From: Lentisphaeria bacterium
GTDB lineage: Bacteria; Verrucomicrobiota; Lentisphaeria; JABSQK01; JAWLHB01
Assembly: GCA_041690595.1 (NCBI GenBank)
Contig: JAWLHB010000022.1
Location: 1-64,000, forward strand
Direction: 5' to 3'
Length of the DNA stretch: 64,000 nt
How positions within the stretch are numbered: the stretch's first letter is position 1; every line of letters starts with the position of its first letter. The notes beneath the pieces were generated by a model. It was not told the origin of the DNA. It ran no database searches and saw only the letters and a program-made list of their open reading frames with translations. Both the position numbers and the translations under genes were made by a program. Positions 21,214 to 32,844 of the stretch are shown piece by piece.

Positions 21214-24200
21214 GTTTCAATCCACGCCCCCCGTGCGGGGAGCGACTGCTGATCGACCGTGGCAGCAACACGTTTGCCGCGGTTTCAATCCACTCCCCCC
21301 GTGCGGGGAGCGACCAAGACACTGTGGGAAACTAACGATCTACTGGCGGGTTTCAATCCACGCCCCCCGTGCGGGGAGCGACGGTTACGGCGCATACCAG
21401 CCCGAAGGTGGACTGGTTTCAATCCACGCCCCCCGTGCGGGGAGCGACAGGACGCAAAAAGCCCCCAGCCCCCGACCCCGAAGTTTCAATCCACGCCCCC
21501 CGTGCGGGGAGCGACGAATCTGGTGGCGAAGAGTGGCGAGATTGCGGAGTTTCAATCCACGCCCCCCGTGCGGGGAGCGACGTTTGAGGCTGATGTTGCG
21601 TGGTCGCAGGACTGGTTTCAATCCACGCCCCCCGTGCGGGGAGCGACCATGTACGATAGCCGGGCACGAAGCCGGCTGGAGGTTTCAATCCACGCCCCCC
21701 GTGCGGGGAGCGACATGATTCGGGCGTATTTCGCGATGATTCCGCTATCGTTTCAATCCACGCCCCCCGTGCGGGGAGCGACAGAGTGCTAAACTTTATT
21801 TTAGCGAAATTGTAAGTTTCAATCCACGCCCCCCGTGCGGGGAGCGACTCGTCCAGTATTTGTAGGGGAGTACCGTTGACAAGTTTCAATCCACGCCCCC
21901 CGTGCGGGGAGCGACTTACGGCGTGATCCAAGACTGGTCCGGAGCCTACGTTTCAATCCACGCCCCCCGTGCGGGGAGCGACCCGAAGATACAAGAGGCG
22001 TTCGCTAAGATCAAAGTTTCAATCCACGCCCCCCGTGCGGGGAGCGACACATAACGATCAACATGGCGGAAGAATCGCAATGTTTCAATCCACGCCCCCC
22101 GTGCGGGGAGCGACCCCCGAACGCCGCCAGCTCGTCCTTGCCTTCCAGAGTTTCAATCCACGCCCCCCGTGCGGGGAGCGACAAGAGACCCGCATCACCG
22201 TCAAGACCCCCGGGACGTTTCAATCCACGCCCCCCGTGCGGGGAGCGACTCTGGGCATACCGGATTGCCGTGTCGCTCATGACGTTTCAATCCACGCCCC
22301 CCGTGCGGGGAGCGACATCATGTCCGGATGGCTAAAACGCCTCATCATTGTTTCAATCCACGCCCCCCGTGCGGGGAGCGACTCACGTGGGGGCCACTGG
22401 AGTACTGGATTGGACTGTTTCAATCCACGCCCCCCGTGCGGGGAGCGACAGAAGGCGCCGACTCCAAAGCTGGAAGTACCAAAGTTTCAATCCACGCCCC
22501 CCGTGCGGGGAGCGACTGTCCTGACATGCCAACTCACATGCCGCAATCATTGTTTCAATCCACGCCCCCCGTGCGGGGAGCGACATCTCACTGTGCACGC
22601 CGCCGTGATCGGGTTGGAGTTTCAATCCACGCCCCCTGTGCGGGGAGCGACCTGCCCGCCGACCAGGGCAATCGTCTGGGCGACGTTTCAATCCACGCCC
22701 CCCGTGCGGGGAGCGACGCCTGCCAATGCACCAGATGGTGCGGGTGATGGAGTTTCAATCCACGCCCCCCGTGCGGGGAGCGACCTTCCTCATTGCGCGC
22801 ATCGATGACCAGACCTGGTTTCAATCCACGCCCCCCGTGCGGGGAGCGACGTAGAGGCCCTGGGGATTGCGCCTGAGCTTGCTGTTTCAATCCACGCCCC
22901 CCGTGCGGGGAGCGACGTTGCTGCTCATGTAGTCAACGATGCGATCCTTGTTTCAATCCACGCCCCCCGTGCGGGGAGCGACGTCCATCGAGGCCGAGGT
23001 GCTGGGCGACCAGGANNNNNNNNNNNNNNNNNNNNNNNNNNNNNNNNNNNNNNNNNNNNNNNNNNNNNNNNNNNNNNNNNNNNNNNNNNNNNNNNNNNNN
23101 NNNNNNNNNNNNNNNGTTTCAATCCACGCCCCCCGTGCGGGGAGCGACCAGGTAGACGCCGCCTTGCGTGTACGCTTCGTAGTTTCAATCCACGCCCCCC
23201 GTGCGGGGAGCGACCAGGTAGACGCCGCCTTGCGTGTACGCTTCGTAGTTTCAATCCACGCCCCCCGTGCGGGGAGCGACTCTCCACAAACGGCAGCCGC
23301 GCCTCGCCACATTCATGTTTCAATCCACGCCCCCCGTGCGGGGAGCGACTTGACGACGGGCGGCGCGGTGACCACGCCGGAGTTTCAATCCACGCCCCCC
23401 GTGCGGGGAGCGACTACTTGGCTTGGTCGAAGGCGGTGGCGGGGATGTAGTTTCAATCCACGCCCCCCGTGCGGGGAGCGACGGGGGGGCTGATAGCCCT
23501 TTCAGCGGGGGATGGGTTTCAATCCACGCCCCCCGTGCGGGGAGCGACCGAAGGAGGCGGTCTGCGCGGCGAGGGCGGCGCTGTTTCAATCCACGCCCCC
23601 CGTGCGGGGAGCGACGCAGCAGCACCACGCAATCCACCATCTTGGCGTTGTTTCAATCCACGCCCCCCGTGCGGGGAGCGACTCAGCGCAGAAGATCTTG
23701 CCGACGCCATGGACGCTGTTTCAATCCACGCCCCCCGTGCGGGGAGCGACGCGGCCGGCGATGTCAACGTCAAGGTTTACAAGTTTCAATCCACGCCCCC
23801 CGTGCGGGGAGCGACTCGCGACGGCATACTCAAAGGGCAGTTCACCACGTTTCAATCCACGCCCCCCGTGCGGGGAGCGACCCACCTTCGCGCCGGTCGG
23901 AGGATCCACCCGATGTTTCAATCCACGCCCCCCGTTGCGGGGAGCGACCAACAGCCCACACCGCCGAAGCTTCGTATGTATGTTTCAATCCACGCCCCCC
24001 GTGCGGGGAGCGACTCAGCGTAGCGGGTTATTCGCTCGCCATCTCCTTCAGTTTCAATCCACGCCCCCCGTGCGGGGAGCGACCCAATAATGGACGGCTT
24101 CCGCCAGTGCCAGTTTGTTTCAATCCACGCCCCCCGTGCGGGGAGCGACCCCAGCCGGGACAAAATCGCATGCGGATTCGAGGTTTCAATCCACGCCCCC

Positions 24201-27200
24201 CGTGCGGGGAGCGACGGTAGTCGATAACACGGATGTTTTCGACGACTTGGTTTCAATCCACGCCCCCCGTGCGGGGAGCGACACCGACATCGTCATCACC
24301 TGGACCGGGCAAACCGTTTCAATCCACGCCCCCCGTGCGGGGAGCGACGAGACCTGCGCGACACGTTGCCCATCTTTGCGATCGTTTCAATCCACGCCCC
24401 CCGTGCGGGGAGCGACCCCCGGGGAGGTTACGCCGTGGGGGTGGCGAGGAGGTTTCAATCCACGCCCCCCGTGCGGGGAGCGACCGACTAAGTCAACCAA
24501 CGAGGATACCACCCAATGTTTCAATCCACGCCCCCCGTGCGGGGAGCGACCATCGAAGTCGTTTCGCATGAGTTCCGCTGGGTGTTTCAATCCACGCCCC
24601 CCGTGCGGGGAGCGACTATATTAGGTTTGCGGTCGAACAGCGCATACATGTTTCAATCCACGCCCCCCGTGCGGGGAGCGACCGATCGCCACTTCCCAGA
24701 GGGGCAAGGGCACAACGTTTCAATCCACGCCCCCCGTGCGGGGAGCGACCCCCCGTACCCTTCTCGGTCACCAAGCCTCCGTGGTTTCAATCCACGCCCC
24801 CCGTGCGGGGAGCGACCATATTGGCGCACATCGCGGGCATGGAAGCCACGTTTCAATCCACGCCCCCCGTGCGGGGAGCGACAGGCGCCGCGGCTGTTAC
24901 GGCGAGATCGAACTGGTTTCAATCCACGCCCCCCGTGCGGGGAGCGACGGTGAATTTCGCGGTCGTGGCGTTGCCTGTCTGGTTTCAATCCACGCCCCCC
25001 GTGCGGGGAGCGACCGGGTCTGCCGTTGGGATTGTTGGCGGGACTCCTGTTTCAATCCACGCCCCCCGTGCGGGGAGCGACCAGACTATGCGAGACAGAC
25101 GCTATTTGCCCGGATGTTTCAATCCACGCCCCCCGTGCGGGGAGCGACGTTCGATTTCTCGACCGTCATCGTCAGCCTGCTGTTTCAATCCACGCCCCCC
25201 GTGCGGGGAGCGACCCACCGGATCGAAGGCATTTACGATCCCCGCGGGTTTCAATCCACGCCCCCCGTGCGGGGAGCGACGGCTATCACCTCAGGAGGTA
25301 GCTTCAATGCTTTGTTTCAATCCACGCCCCCCGTGCGGGGAGCGACAGTACGCTCATTGTCATCACCCTTGGTTATATCGTTTCAATCCACGCCCCCCGT
25401 GCGGGGAGCGACGCAGCAAGATTTCGCGATGCAGGATGCCGCACAGTTTCAATCCACGCCCCCCGTGCGGGGAGCGACGCTCTTCCACGATCACTACACC
25501 GCGAATGGATGGTTTCAATCCACGCCCCCCGTGCGGGGAGCGACTCTCCATGGATGGCGGGGTCGAGCTTGCTGGCGGTGTTTCAATCCACGCCCCCCGT
25601 GCGGGGAGCGACCAAGGTTGCCGACACGTTGGTTTTCGGCGGCTGGTTTCAATCCACGCCCCCCGTGCGGGGAGCGACGATCTGGCGATTGCGCGGGAGA
25701 ATCTGACGGGGGTTTCAATCCACGCCCCCCGTGCGGGGAGCGACCATCTGGTTCGACCCCCGGACCAATGCCACCCGCGTTTCAATCCACGCCCCCCGTG
25801 CGGGGAGCGACCTACTTCTACAGGCCGGTATGGAGAGGCAACGAGTTTCAATCCACGCCCCCCGTTCGGGGAGCGACGGCCTTCAGCAGCTTCCGGACCT
25901 CCGCCTCGGTGTTTCAATCCACGCCCCCTGTGCGGGGAGCGACGTACCCAACCATCATGACTCCCATCGGGACCATGTTTCAATCCACGCCCCCCGTGCG
26001 GGGAGCGACAAACGTCACGACCTACACCAGCAACATGACCGATGTTTCAATCCACGCCCCCCCGTGCGGGGAGCGACCAACATCGTTTCCCAGATGCCCG
26101 CGATGTCGGCGTTTCAATCCACGCCCCCCGTGCAGGGAGCGACGAAGCCATCCTACCCGACCCGCCCGACTACATGGTTTCAATCCACGCCCCCCGTGCG
26201 GGGAGCGACGATGATGAACGCTGACAGACACACAAGCCCGACGTTTCAATCCACGCCCCCCGTGCGGGGAGCGACTGAGTCGTGATTTGCCCTATCGCGA
26301 GGACTGGCAGTTTCAATCCACGCCCCCCGTGCGGGGAGCGACACTGATCCTGTCGAAGAGCTGCTTGCACTCCTCGTTTCAATCCACGCCCCCCGTGCGG
26401 GGAGCGACGGCGGCTCGATCGAAGTACCGACCGAAGTCATGGTTTCAATCCACGCCCCCCGTGCGGGGAGCGACGCTGATCAAACGCGGCAACAGCTTTC
26501 TCGTCAGAGTTTCAATCCACGCCCCCCGTGCGGGGAGCGACGTTCTTCATCAATGCCGCGGTTGCGTTCTGGCGGTTTCAATCCACGCCCCCCGTGCGGG
26601 GAGCGACTGCTACCTTGCGGAGATATGACTTTTCGGTCCTGTTTCAATCCACGCCCCCCGTGCGGGGAGCGACTCACTTCAGGGTTTCCACGGATGCGCA
26701 CTACGCAGAGTTTCAATCCACGCCCCCCGTGCGGGGAGCGACGGGGGCTGTAGTGGTGTTAGTCAAGTGGGAGTGTTTCAATCCACGCCCCCCGTGCGGG
26801 GAGCGACCGCTCCCTCAACCAGCGAGGCGCCGAGCTGATAGTTTCAATCCACGCCCCCCGAGCGGGGAGCGACTTCTGGAGCCCAACGTATATGGCGTGA
26901 TCAGTCGTTTCAATCCACGCCCCCCGTGCGGGGAGCGACAGACGGGCGGTGCAGACTGTGCGGCTGCTTCGTGTTTCAATCCACGCCCCCCGTGCGGGGA
27001 GCGACTGTAGACCATATTGAGGCGCTTACGGGCAATCTTGTTTCAATCCACGCCCCCCGTGCGGGGAGCGACCCAGCAGATGGGGTCTGATGAGCAGCTG
27101 CCGTTGTTTCAATCCACGCCCCCCGTGCGGGGAGCGACATCGAGGAACTGGCATCGCGGGGAAAGGGTACCGTTTCAATCCACGCCCCCCGTGCGGGGAG

Positions 27201-28469
27201 CGACGCAGGCGGCATGATAGCGGGGCTTCGTAGATCGTGTTTCAATCCACGCCCCCCGTGCGGGGAGCGACTGACGGTCGCGGGCAGCGCCCCGGCCATG
27301 TTCAAGTTTCAATCCACGCCCCCCGTGCGGGGAGCGACATGGACGGCATACCCGACCCCGACCGACTCGGAGTTTCAATCCACGCCCCCCGTGCGGGGAG
27401 CGACATGCGCGATGCGCTGGCGGGGAGGGCAGGGGTATGTTTCAATCCACGCCCCCCGTGCGGGGAGCGACGTCCTCGGCGCGCTCTCCTATCAGTCCGG
27501 ATGGTTTCAATCCACGCCCCCCGTGCGGGGAGCGACTTGTCGAGCGCAGCCAGACCATGGGGCGAACGATGTTTCAATCCACGCCCCCCGTGCGGGGAGC
27601 GACGTGCACCGGAGCGTGGAAGAAGTCTTCTTCAGGGTTTCAATCCACGCCCCCCGTGCGGGGAGCGACGGCGGCGATGTGCTCGAAAACGTCCTGAGCT
27701 GTGTTTCAATCCATGCCCCCCGTGCGGGGAGCGACATCGAAGAGCTGCACGATGAGCACGGGGCGATTTTGTTTCAATCCACGCCCCCCGTGCGGGGAGC
27801 GACATGCGGTTAGGTGGGAAGTCGAATTTTCGCAAGGGTTTCAATCCACGCCCCCCGTGCGGGGAGCGACATTGTCAGCTTCATTACTGACAACTGGGAA
27901 CTGAGGTTTCAATCCACGCCCCCCGTGCGGGGAGCGACGCACTCTGTCACGCCCCATTTGCACCATCTCCGAGTTTCAATCCACGCCCCCCGTGCGGGGA
28001 GCGACACGATCACGACTCGCACGCCGTTCGCTGCCGACTGTTTCAATCCACGCCCCCCGTGCGGGGAGCGACCCTCGCTCCATCGGCTGTTAGTGTGTGT
28101 GTCCAGTTTCAATCCACGCCCCCCGTGCGGGGAGCGACCAGCCGCCTCGCCGCCTCCCCCGTCGCCCGCGTGTTTCAATCCACGCCCCCCGTGCGGGGAG
28201 CGACGCCTACCCAAGTTAAAAGCCGACTCGGAAACCTGTTTCAATCCACGCCCCCCGTGCGGGGAGCGACCCAAGTAGTCGACATGGTGCTTGCCAAAGG
28301 CGCGTTTCAATCCACGCCCCCCGTGCGGGGAGCGACATGGCGCGAGACCTCGAGAAGACGGCCAACGCCCTGTTTCAATCCACGCCCCCGTGCGGGGAGC
28401 GACCGCATCCCCATAATCCGCACACGTCAACACCTGGTTTCAATCCACGCCCCCCGTGCGGGGAGCGAC
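21214..28469 (-). CRISPR. type I-C CRISPR array, about 108 repeats (manual count), interrupted by a 100-N gap
   Basis: 33-bp repeat GTCGCTCCCCGCACGGGGGGCGTGGATTGAAAC on the minus strand; 8-bp stem, ATTGAAAC 3' end; spacers of about 33-36 bp; leader on the cas side. Confidence 0.99.
23016..23115. other. scaffold gap (100 N) inside the array
   Basis: Run of N. Confidence 1.
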
Positions 28470-28745
28470 TCGGTCCCGTCAAATGTGGCCGACTCAGGCA
28501 AGGATTTCAAGCCGCATCCGCGAACCTTCCGAAAGCTCCTGCGCTTCGGTAGGGCGCCGGACCTGAAGCAAATCACAAACCCTTGCCATTGAGGGCCTTG
28601 CGGCGAGCGCGAACCTCTTTGCGTGAGGGCTGCTCGCCAAAGGTTCGCGGTGAGGCATTCTCGCAGGTTTTCCGGCTCCGGGGCAGTTTCGTCCCATGAG
28701 GATGAAGCTGCCGACTATGGAACTTTTGATTGTCAAAGAACGCCG
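28470..28745 (-). promoter_or_regulatory. CRISPR leader
   Basis: Non-coding region between the cas genes and the first repeat, with GCGAACC...GGTTCGC motifs and TCTTTGACAA as often seen in type I-C leaders. Confidence 0.7.
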
Positions 28746-28824
28746 GTAACAGTGAGTGGTCGGACGTGCCGGAATCCAGGAAGAGGCTCGCTTGGACCGC
28801 ACTGTCATTTCCAGACAAGGCAGA

Positions 28825-29048
28825 AAGCCATTGAGAACCGACCCAAGACGTACGCTGGTGGCACGGTGGATCCCGGGACGACTACTGGCGCCGGCTGATC
28901 CACCCGCGCGTGCAGCAGCCGCTCCTGGGCCGTCAATCGATTCTCTCGCCACAACTGCACGATGTGGATGAGGGGGGAACTACCGCTCGCAGAATAGCAG
29001 ATGCTGCAAACCTGAGAGCGGCAGGTACTCATCCTCATTCTCAGAAAT
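28825..29048 (-). pseudogene. cas4: cas4 remnant (5' fragment only)
   Basis: ISENEDEYLPLSGLQHLLFCER* (TAG at 28982-28980 where Gln is expected), frameshift in a C6 run, LIHIVQLWRENRLTAQERLLHARVD, second shift to GASSRPGIHRATSVRLGS; no ATG in frame; directly after cas7. Confidence 0.88.
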
Positions 29049-29052
29049 GACG

Positions 29053-29961
29053 TCAGAGTCGCTCATCGATGGTGATGCCCTGCGGAAGGTTGTCGCGGTC
29101 GATGTCAATCTGATAGTCGGCGATGGCGCGAGGTGGGTGATCCTTGTGCTTCAGGGACACCGTTACCCGCTCGAAGAGCTGGTGGGCGTGGGCATTCCCC
29201 AGTTTCGACTCGTGCTTGAAGACGACGAGCTTGCGGGTGGCCATTTCGCCGCGAGCCGCGGAGCGGTCGTGCTCGAACATGTTGACGAGTGCGTCCCAGA
29301 GAAGCTGCAAGTCATCCTCATTGAAGCCGGTCTGGGCGGCAATCGGAGCAGAGACAAAGCCGTGGGCGCGATACAGGCCATAGGGTACAATAGTCTTGCG
29401 GCCCATGGTGCCGGTGACCTGGCCATGCTTTTTGATCTGCTCGTCGGCTTCAGACTGCTTGGCAACGGCTTTACGGACGATGGTCTGTTCGGGGGCGGCG
29501 ATAGGGTCGAGTGACCGGGCGAAGGTGATCTGCACGGGGCCGCGCACCTGCCCGCAGTTGATATCGAGCGTGAGAACGGCGCCGAAGGAGCGGATATCGA
29601 AGAAGGTCTGGCACATCCATGCCCGAGCCTTTTCGACGTTGCTGAGCGACTTCTCCTTAGGGTCGAGACCATTGACTTCGTAGGCCTGCATATGCATGGT
29701 CTGGAGGACGCCGCGGTGCTTGATGTAGATGTCATAGCCATCGGACGGAGATCCATCGGCGGCGCCCTTGGCGAGGGTGACGTAGTCCCGGATCTTGCGC
29801 TTGAGGCAGACGTCGGTGACGAGACCATGGCCGGTTTCGTTGTCGAGGCGCGGTGCGTTGCCGGCATCGGGGTCACCGTTGGGGTTGCCGTTGGCGACGT
29901 CGAAGAGAAGCACGAAGTCGTAGCGGTTCTCGATGGCGGGGGCTACAGTGGTAGTACTCAT
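29053..29961 (-). CDS. cas7: type I-C Cas7 (Csd2)
   Basis: IENRYDFVLLFDV.NGNPNGDPDAGNAPR, TDVCLKRKIR, FFDIRSFGAV, GQVRGPVQ, TMGRK, MFEHDRSAARG. Confidence 0.97.
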   Translation of the reverse strand: MSTTTVAPAIENRYDFVLLFDVANGNPNGDPDAGNAPRLDNETGHGLVTDVCLKRKIRDYVTLAKGAADGSPSDGYDIYIKHRGVLQTMHMQAYEVNGLDPKEKSLSNVEKARAWMCQTFFDIRSFGAVLTLDINCGQVRGPVQITFARSLDPIAAPEQTIVRKAVAKQSEADEQIKKHGQVTGTMGRKTIVPYGLYRAHGFVSAPIAAQTGFNEDDLQLLWDALVNMFEHDRSAARGEMATRKLVVFKHESKLGNAHAHQLFERVTVSLKHKDHPPRAIADYQIDIDRDNLPQGITIDERL

Positions 29962-29995
29962 GATCGGTCCTTTCTGTTGTGGTGGTTGACTGAGG

Positions 29996-31990
29996 TCAGA
30001 CGTTTTGATTTTCGGGTTCAGCTTCGCGGGTCTTGCTCCAGATATACGCACGCGGTGCGTCGGGATTCTCCTTCTCCCACTGTGCTCGCTCTTCCTTGTT
30101 GAGCCAAAGCCACTTGCGCATCTGGTGATAGCCAATAATGAAGAGGCCCTGCTGGTTCTGGTCGAGACTGGCGGGGAAACCATTGCTGACTTGGCTGGCG
30201 AGTTTGTCCTGGAAGCGTGGATCTACGACGAGGAAGCGGTCGGCGAGTTCATCGACCAGCCTTTCCAAGCGGAAGACGAAGCCGGCGTTCTGCTTGTCGT
30301 CCATGCCCTTGCGGGCGTGGTGTCTGGCACTTTTCAGCAGGTTGATGAAGATGCTGCGTGGCGCGGCGGAGGCGCCGCTAAAGTAGCGGTCGATAACGGA
30401 GGCGTTGATGTCGCCGAGGGCGGCTGCCTGAAGCCGTTCAAGAACAGCAATGAGCTGGCCAAGCACATAGCCTTCGTCTGTGCAGGTGGGATTCATGATC
30501 GGGTGGATCTCCTTGTTTGTAGATGTGGAGGACTGGCGATAGAGACGTAACAGGACAGCTCGGATGAGAGCAGCGCGCGCATCGTTCCACTGGCGGGCGC
30601 GCCATCCTTCGGCGCCGCCGGCATTTTCCTGAGCGACCTCGATGCGGTAGCGGGCGACGGCGCGTGGCAGGACTGCGTAAGGGAAGAGTTCGCCGGTGAT
30701 GGCAGCGCGATAGAAGCCGGCGGCCACGTGAGCGGGGACGCCTTCGGCCCGGCGCTCGCGTGGTTCTGCGATGGCTTCGAGCAGCTCACCGATGGGAAAG
30801 CCGGGTGGGTGAGATTTCCCCTTGATCGGCGAATTTCGCCGCACCATGCGCAGATCGGCGAAGTAGGCGGCGAGGTTGTTCACCACGTTCTGGGTGTTGC
30901 TTTCGATCCAATCGCGGAGCGTGGCACGCCCCTGGGCGCCGCTGAGCACCAGAGAGTAGAATGCGGTCGGCGTCGCCACGGGAAACGGCCGACCGCTCCA
31001 GATGGACTGGTACAATCGGCGTAGCTCCTCTGGATCAGCCGCCGGTTCTTCCTGATCCAAGTCGGGATTCATGATCGTGTTCATCATATCCGCAATCCTG
31101 TCACCCCCTTTGCGCGTCCAATAGCAGGCGACGGTATCGGCGCTGAGCTTGGAATTGCGGCGAGTGAGTGACCGGTTGGTATCGGCGGGGTCCGGATAGG
31201 CCGGATGGATGAGGCGATTGAGGGCGGTCATGGTCGCTTCGGATGCTTCGCGGGAGATAGGCGCATTCTCCGCCCCTTCCAAGCCGTACGATTCAAAGGC
31301 GTTCTTGTTGAAGGAGATGAGAGCGATGCCGCTGGTGGAACCGCCTGGCACCCGCTTGATGACCGGATGCTTGTCGACCGGCAAGCAGGGCTTTCCGGTG
31401 ACCATGCACCGTACGCCACCGTCCCCGGATGGCTCGTCTTCGGCGCGCTCGGCCGCCCAGTACTCACGTACGGCCGAGCGTTCGTGTACCAGCAGGTCGA
31501 TATCCGGAGCATAGATGAAGGCAAAGAGATCGTTTGTTGCGCAGTCTTCGGGCAGTTCAACGGATCCTGGGACGCCGCCAAGCCGGTCTAGAAAATCGGC
31601 GACGGCCTTGACGCCAGGATCCCGAGTTGCGGCCAGACACGCGTGGACCTTCTCCCGAAAAAGCTCGAAGCGGATATGGAGCTTGTCCACGTCTCGCATA
31701 CCGGCAGGGTCGATCCCAAGGACGTACTCCGCTTTGTCGACAAGGAAAAAGGCGCGGTCGCCACTGGTACGGGCGGACTCTCTCGGCACAAGGAAAGTGC
31801 GGGCAAAAGATTTTGGCTTGCGTTTGGAGTCTTCCGGCACCTCCTCGACAACCTCCGTCTTCTGGACACCGCCAAGCAGTTTGCCGCCGTCGGCAACGGT
31901 AAGCAGGTAGCGGACTGGCTTTGGTTCGAAGTCGGGATCGCCCATGAGGTGCTCGCGTACCGATAGCTCGTAGAGTGCTTGAAGGATCAT
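29996..31990 (-). CDS. cas8c: type I-C Cas8c (Csd1)
   Basis: MILQALY, FLVDKAEYVLG, CMVTG, LISFNKNAFESYG, YVLGQL.A.LERLQ, QGLF.IGYHQ. Confidence 0.95.
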   Translation of the reverse strand: MILQALYELSVREHLMGDPDFEPKPVRYLLTVADGGKLLGGVQKTEVVEEVPEDSKRKPKSFARTFLVPRESARTSGDRAFFLVDKAEYVLGIDPAGMRDVDKLHIRFELFREKVHACLAATRDPGVKAVADFLDRLGGVPGSVELPEDCATNDLFAFIYAPDIDLLVHERSAVREYWAAERAEDEPSGDGGVRCMVTGKPCLPVDKHPVIKRVPGGSTSGIALISFNKNAFESYGLEGAENAPISREASEATMTALNRLIHPAYPDPADTNRSLTRRNSKLSADTVACYWTRKGGDRIADMMNTIMNPDLDQEEPAADPEELRRLYQSIWSGRPFPVATPTAFYSLVLSGAQGRATLRDWIESNTQNVVNNLAAYFADLRMVRRNSPIKGKSHPPGFPIGELLEAIAEPRERRAEGVPAHVAAGFYRAAITGELFPYAVLPRAVARYRIEVAQENAGGAEGWRARQWNDARAALIRAVLLRLYRQSSTSTNKEIHPIMNPTCTDEGYVLGQLIAVLERLQAAALGDINASVIDRYFSGASAAPRSIFINLLKSARHHARKGMDDKQNAGFVFRLERLVDELADRFLVVDPRFQDKLASQVSNGFPASLDQNQQGLFIIGYHQMRKWLWLNKEERAQWEKENPDAPRAYIWSKTREAEPENQNV

Positions 31991-32658
31991 GCTGTCACCT
32001 CCTCGGGAAGCGGATTCAGGGGCACCTCGATGACGCCATTCTCCATCTTTGCTTCGAAGAAGAGCGGGGTTGTGGATTTGGCGGCGAAGTCGATATCCCA
32101 GAGCATCCGGCCAAGGTCACGGCTATCGGTTATGGGCTGCGGGTCGTCGAGCGGCGGAAGGATTTCCGCCGCGCACTCCCGGCAACCGAGGTAGGGCTGG
32201 TGAAAATGCTGGCCCTTCTCGACGCGGCGGGTGAACATGTCGATGAACTTGTAGATGTTGTCTTCAGCACCGGCGTGCTCCGTCAGGCTGAAGTGTGCAT
32301 CGACCTGATAGTCGACATCGCGCAGGGCGATGGTATTGCGTTGGGCGCGGTTGCTCGAATCGTCTGCGAAGTAAACGGGCGGCGCACCTCCGTTCTCGAC
32401 GATTTCGCGGGTGGGCGCCGCCCCCTTGTTGTTGATTTCATTGCGTCGAAAGGCGATGAAATGGATGGGCGCCAGCACAAAAATGCGCTCTACGTGCCAG
32501 CGGATCGCCGGCTTCCAGAAGACCGCCTCGATGAGTCCGCGCATGGCGGAAGGAGTGGGGACAGGATAGCTGACCCGCTCGGTTTTAAGCTCGGGGCGCG
32601 TAAAGATGGCCAACGGGCCGCGCGCTCGTATGCTCAGTGTGGGACCTCTTTCAGGCAT
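31987..32658 (-). CDS. cas5c: type I-C Cas5 (Cas5d, pre-crRNA processing nuclease)
   Basis: GPLAIFTRPELKTERVSY.VPTPSA.RG..EAVFWKPAI, RRNEI, LRDVDY, QPYLGCRE; AGAGG RBS before the ATG at 32658. Confidence 0.97.
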   Translation of the reverse strand: MPERGPTLSIRARGPLAIFTRPELKTERVSYPVPTPSAMRGLIEAVFWKPAIRWHVERIFVLAPIHFIAFRRNEINNKGAAPTREIVENGGAPPVYFADDSSNRAQRNTIALRDVDYQVDAHFSLTEHAGAEDNIYKFIDMFTRRVEKGQHFHQPYLGCRECAAEILPPLDDPQPITDSRDLGRMLWDIDFAAKSTTPLFFEAKMENGVIEVPLNPLPEEVTA

Positions 32659-32754
32659 GGTAATACCTCTTGGGTTGGGGACTTGAGAAAGAGATGTGGA
32701 ACAGATTGGAAAACGTATGCAGAGGAGAGCTGGTCTATCGCAGTCTTTACGAAT

Positions 32755-32782
32755 ACAATAACCAAATTTAATATTCATACAA
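32755..32782 (-). promoter_or_regulatory. predicted sigma-70 promoter of cas5-cas8c-cas7
   Basis: TTGTAT-N16-TATTGT in an AT-rich island upstream of cas5; overlaps the crlRNA target site. Confidence 0.45.
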
Positions 32783-32807
32783 GTAAACTTATACAGAACT
32801 GGAGGAC

Positions 32808-32837
32808 TTGCGGGCACAAGTTGTGTAGATATATTGT
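32808..32837 (+). promoter_or_regulatory. predicted divergent promoter for the mini-array RNA
   Basis: TTGCGG-N16-TATATT (or N18-TATTGT) ending just before the pseudo-repeat. Confidence 0.4.
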
Positions 32838-32844
32838 CCCGTTA

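Noticed and set aside
17887..21322. Long repetitive ORFs (894, 396, 312, 274 aa) across the repeat mosaic
   Set aside because: Open frames in several phases of GC-rich repeats or antisense to GH20; no recognisable domain
21214..28469. Self-targeting spacers from the main array
   Set aside because: No full-length match within the window was seen by eye; a whole-genome BLAST is needed to exclude it
21233..28592. Many ORFs with FQSTPPVRGAT, VSIHAPRAGSD or SLPARGAWIET repeats
   Set aside because: These are translations of the 33-bp CRISPR repeat, not proteins
29962..30183. Extended N-termini in the ORF track for cas7 (and for cas5, 32659-32817)
   Set aside because: They overlap cas8c or promoter DNA; family homology and RBS support the downstream ATGs
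32659..32755. Possible CreT-like toxin RNA or mini-ORF controlled by the mini-array
   Set aside because: No Shine-Dalgarno plus start with rare codons and hairpin was seen between the target site and cas5; cas autoregulation fits better
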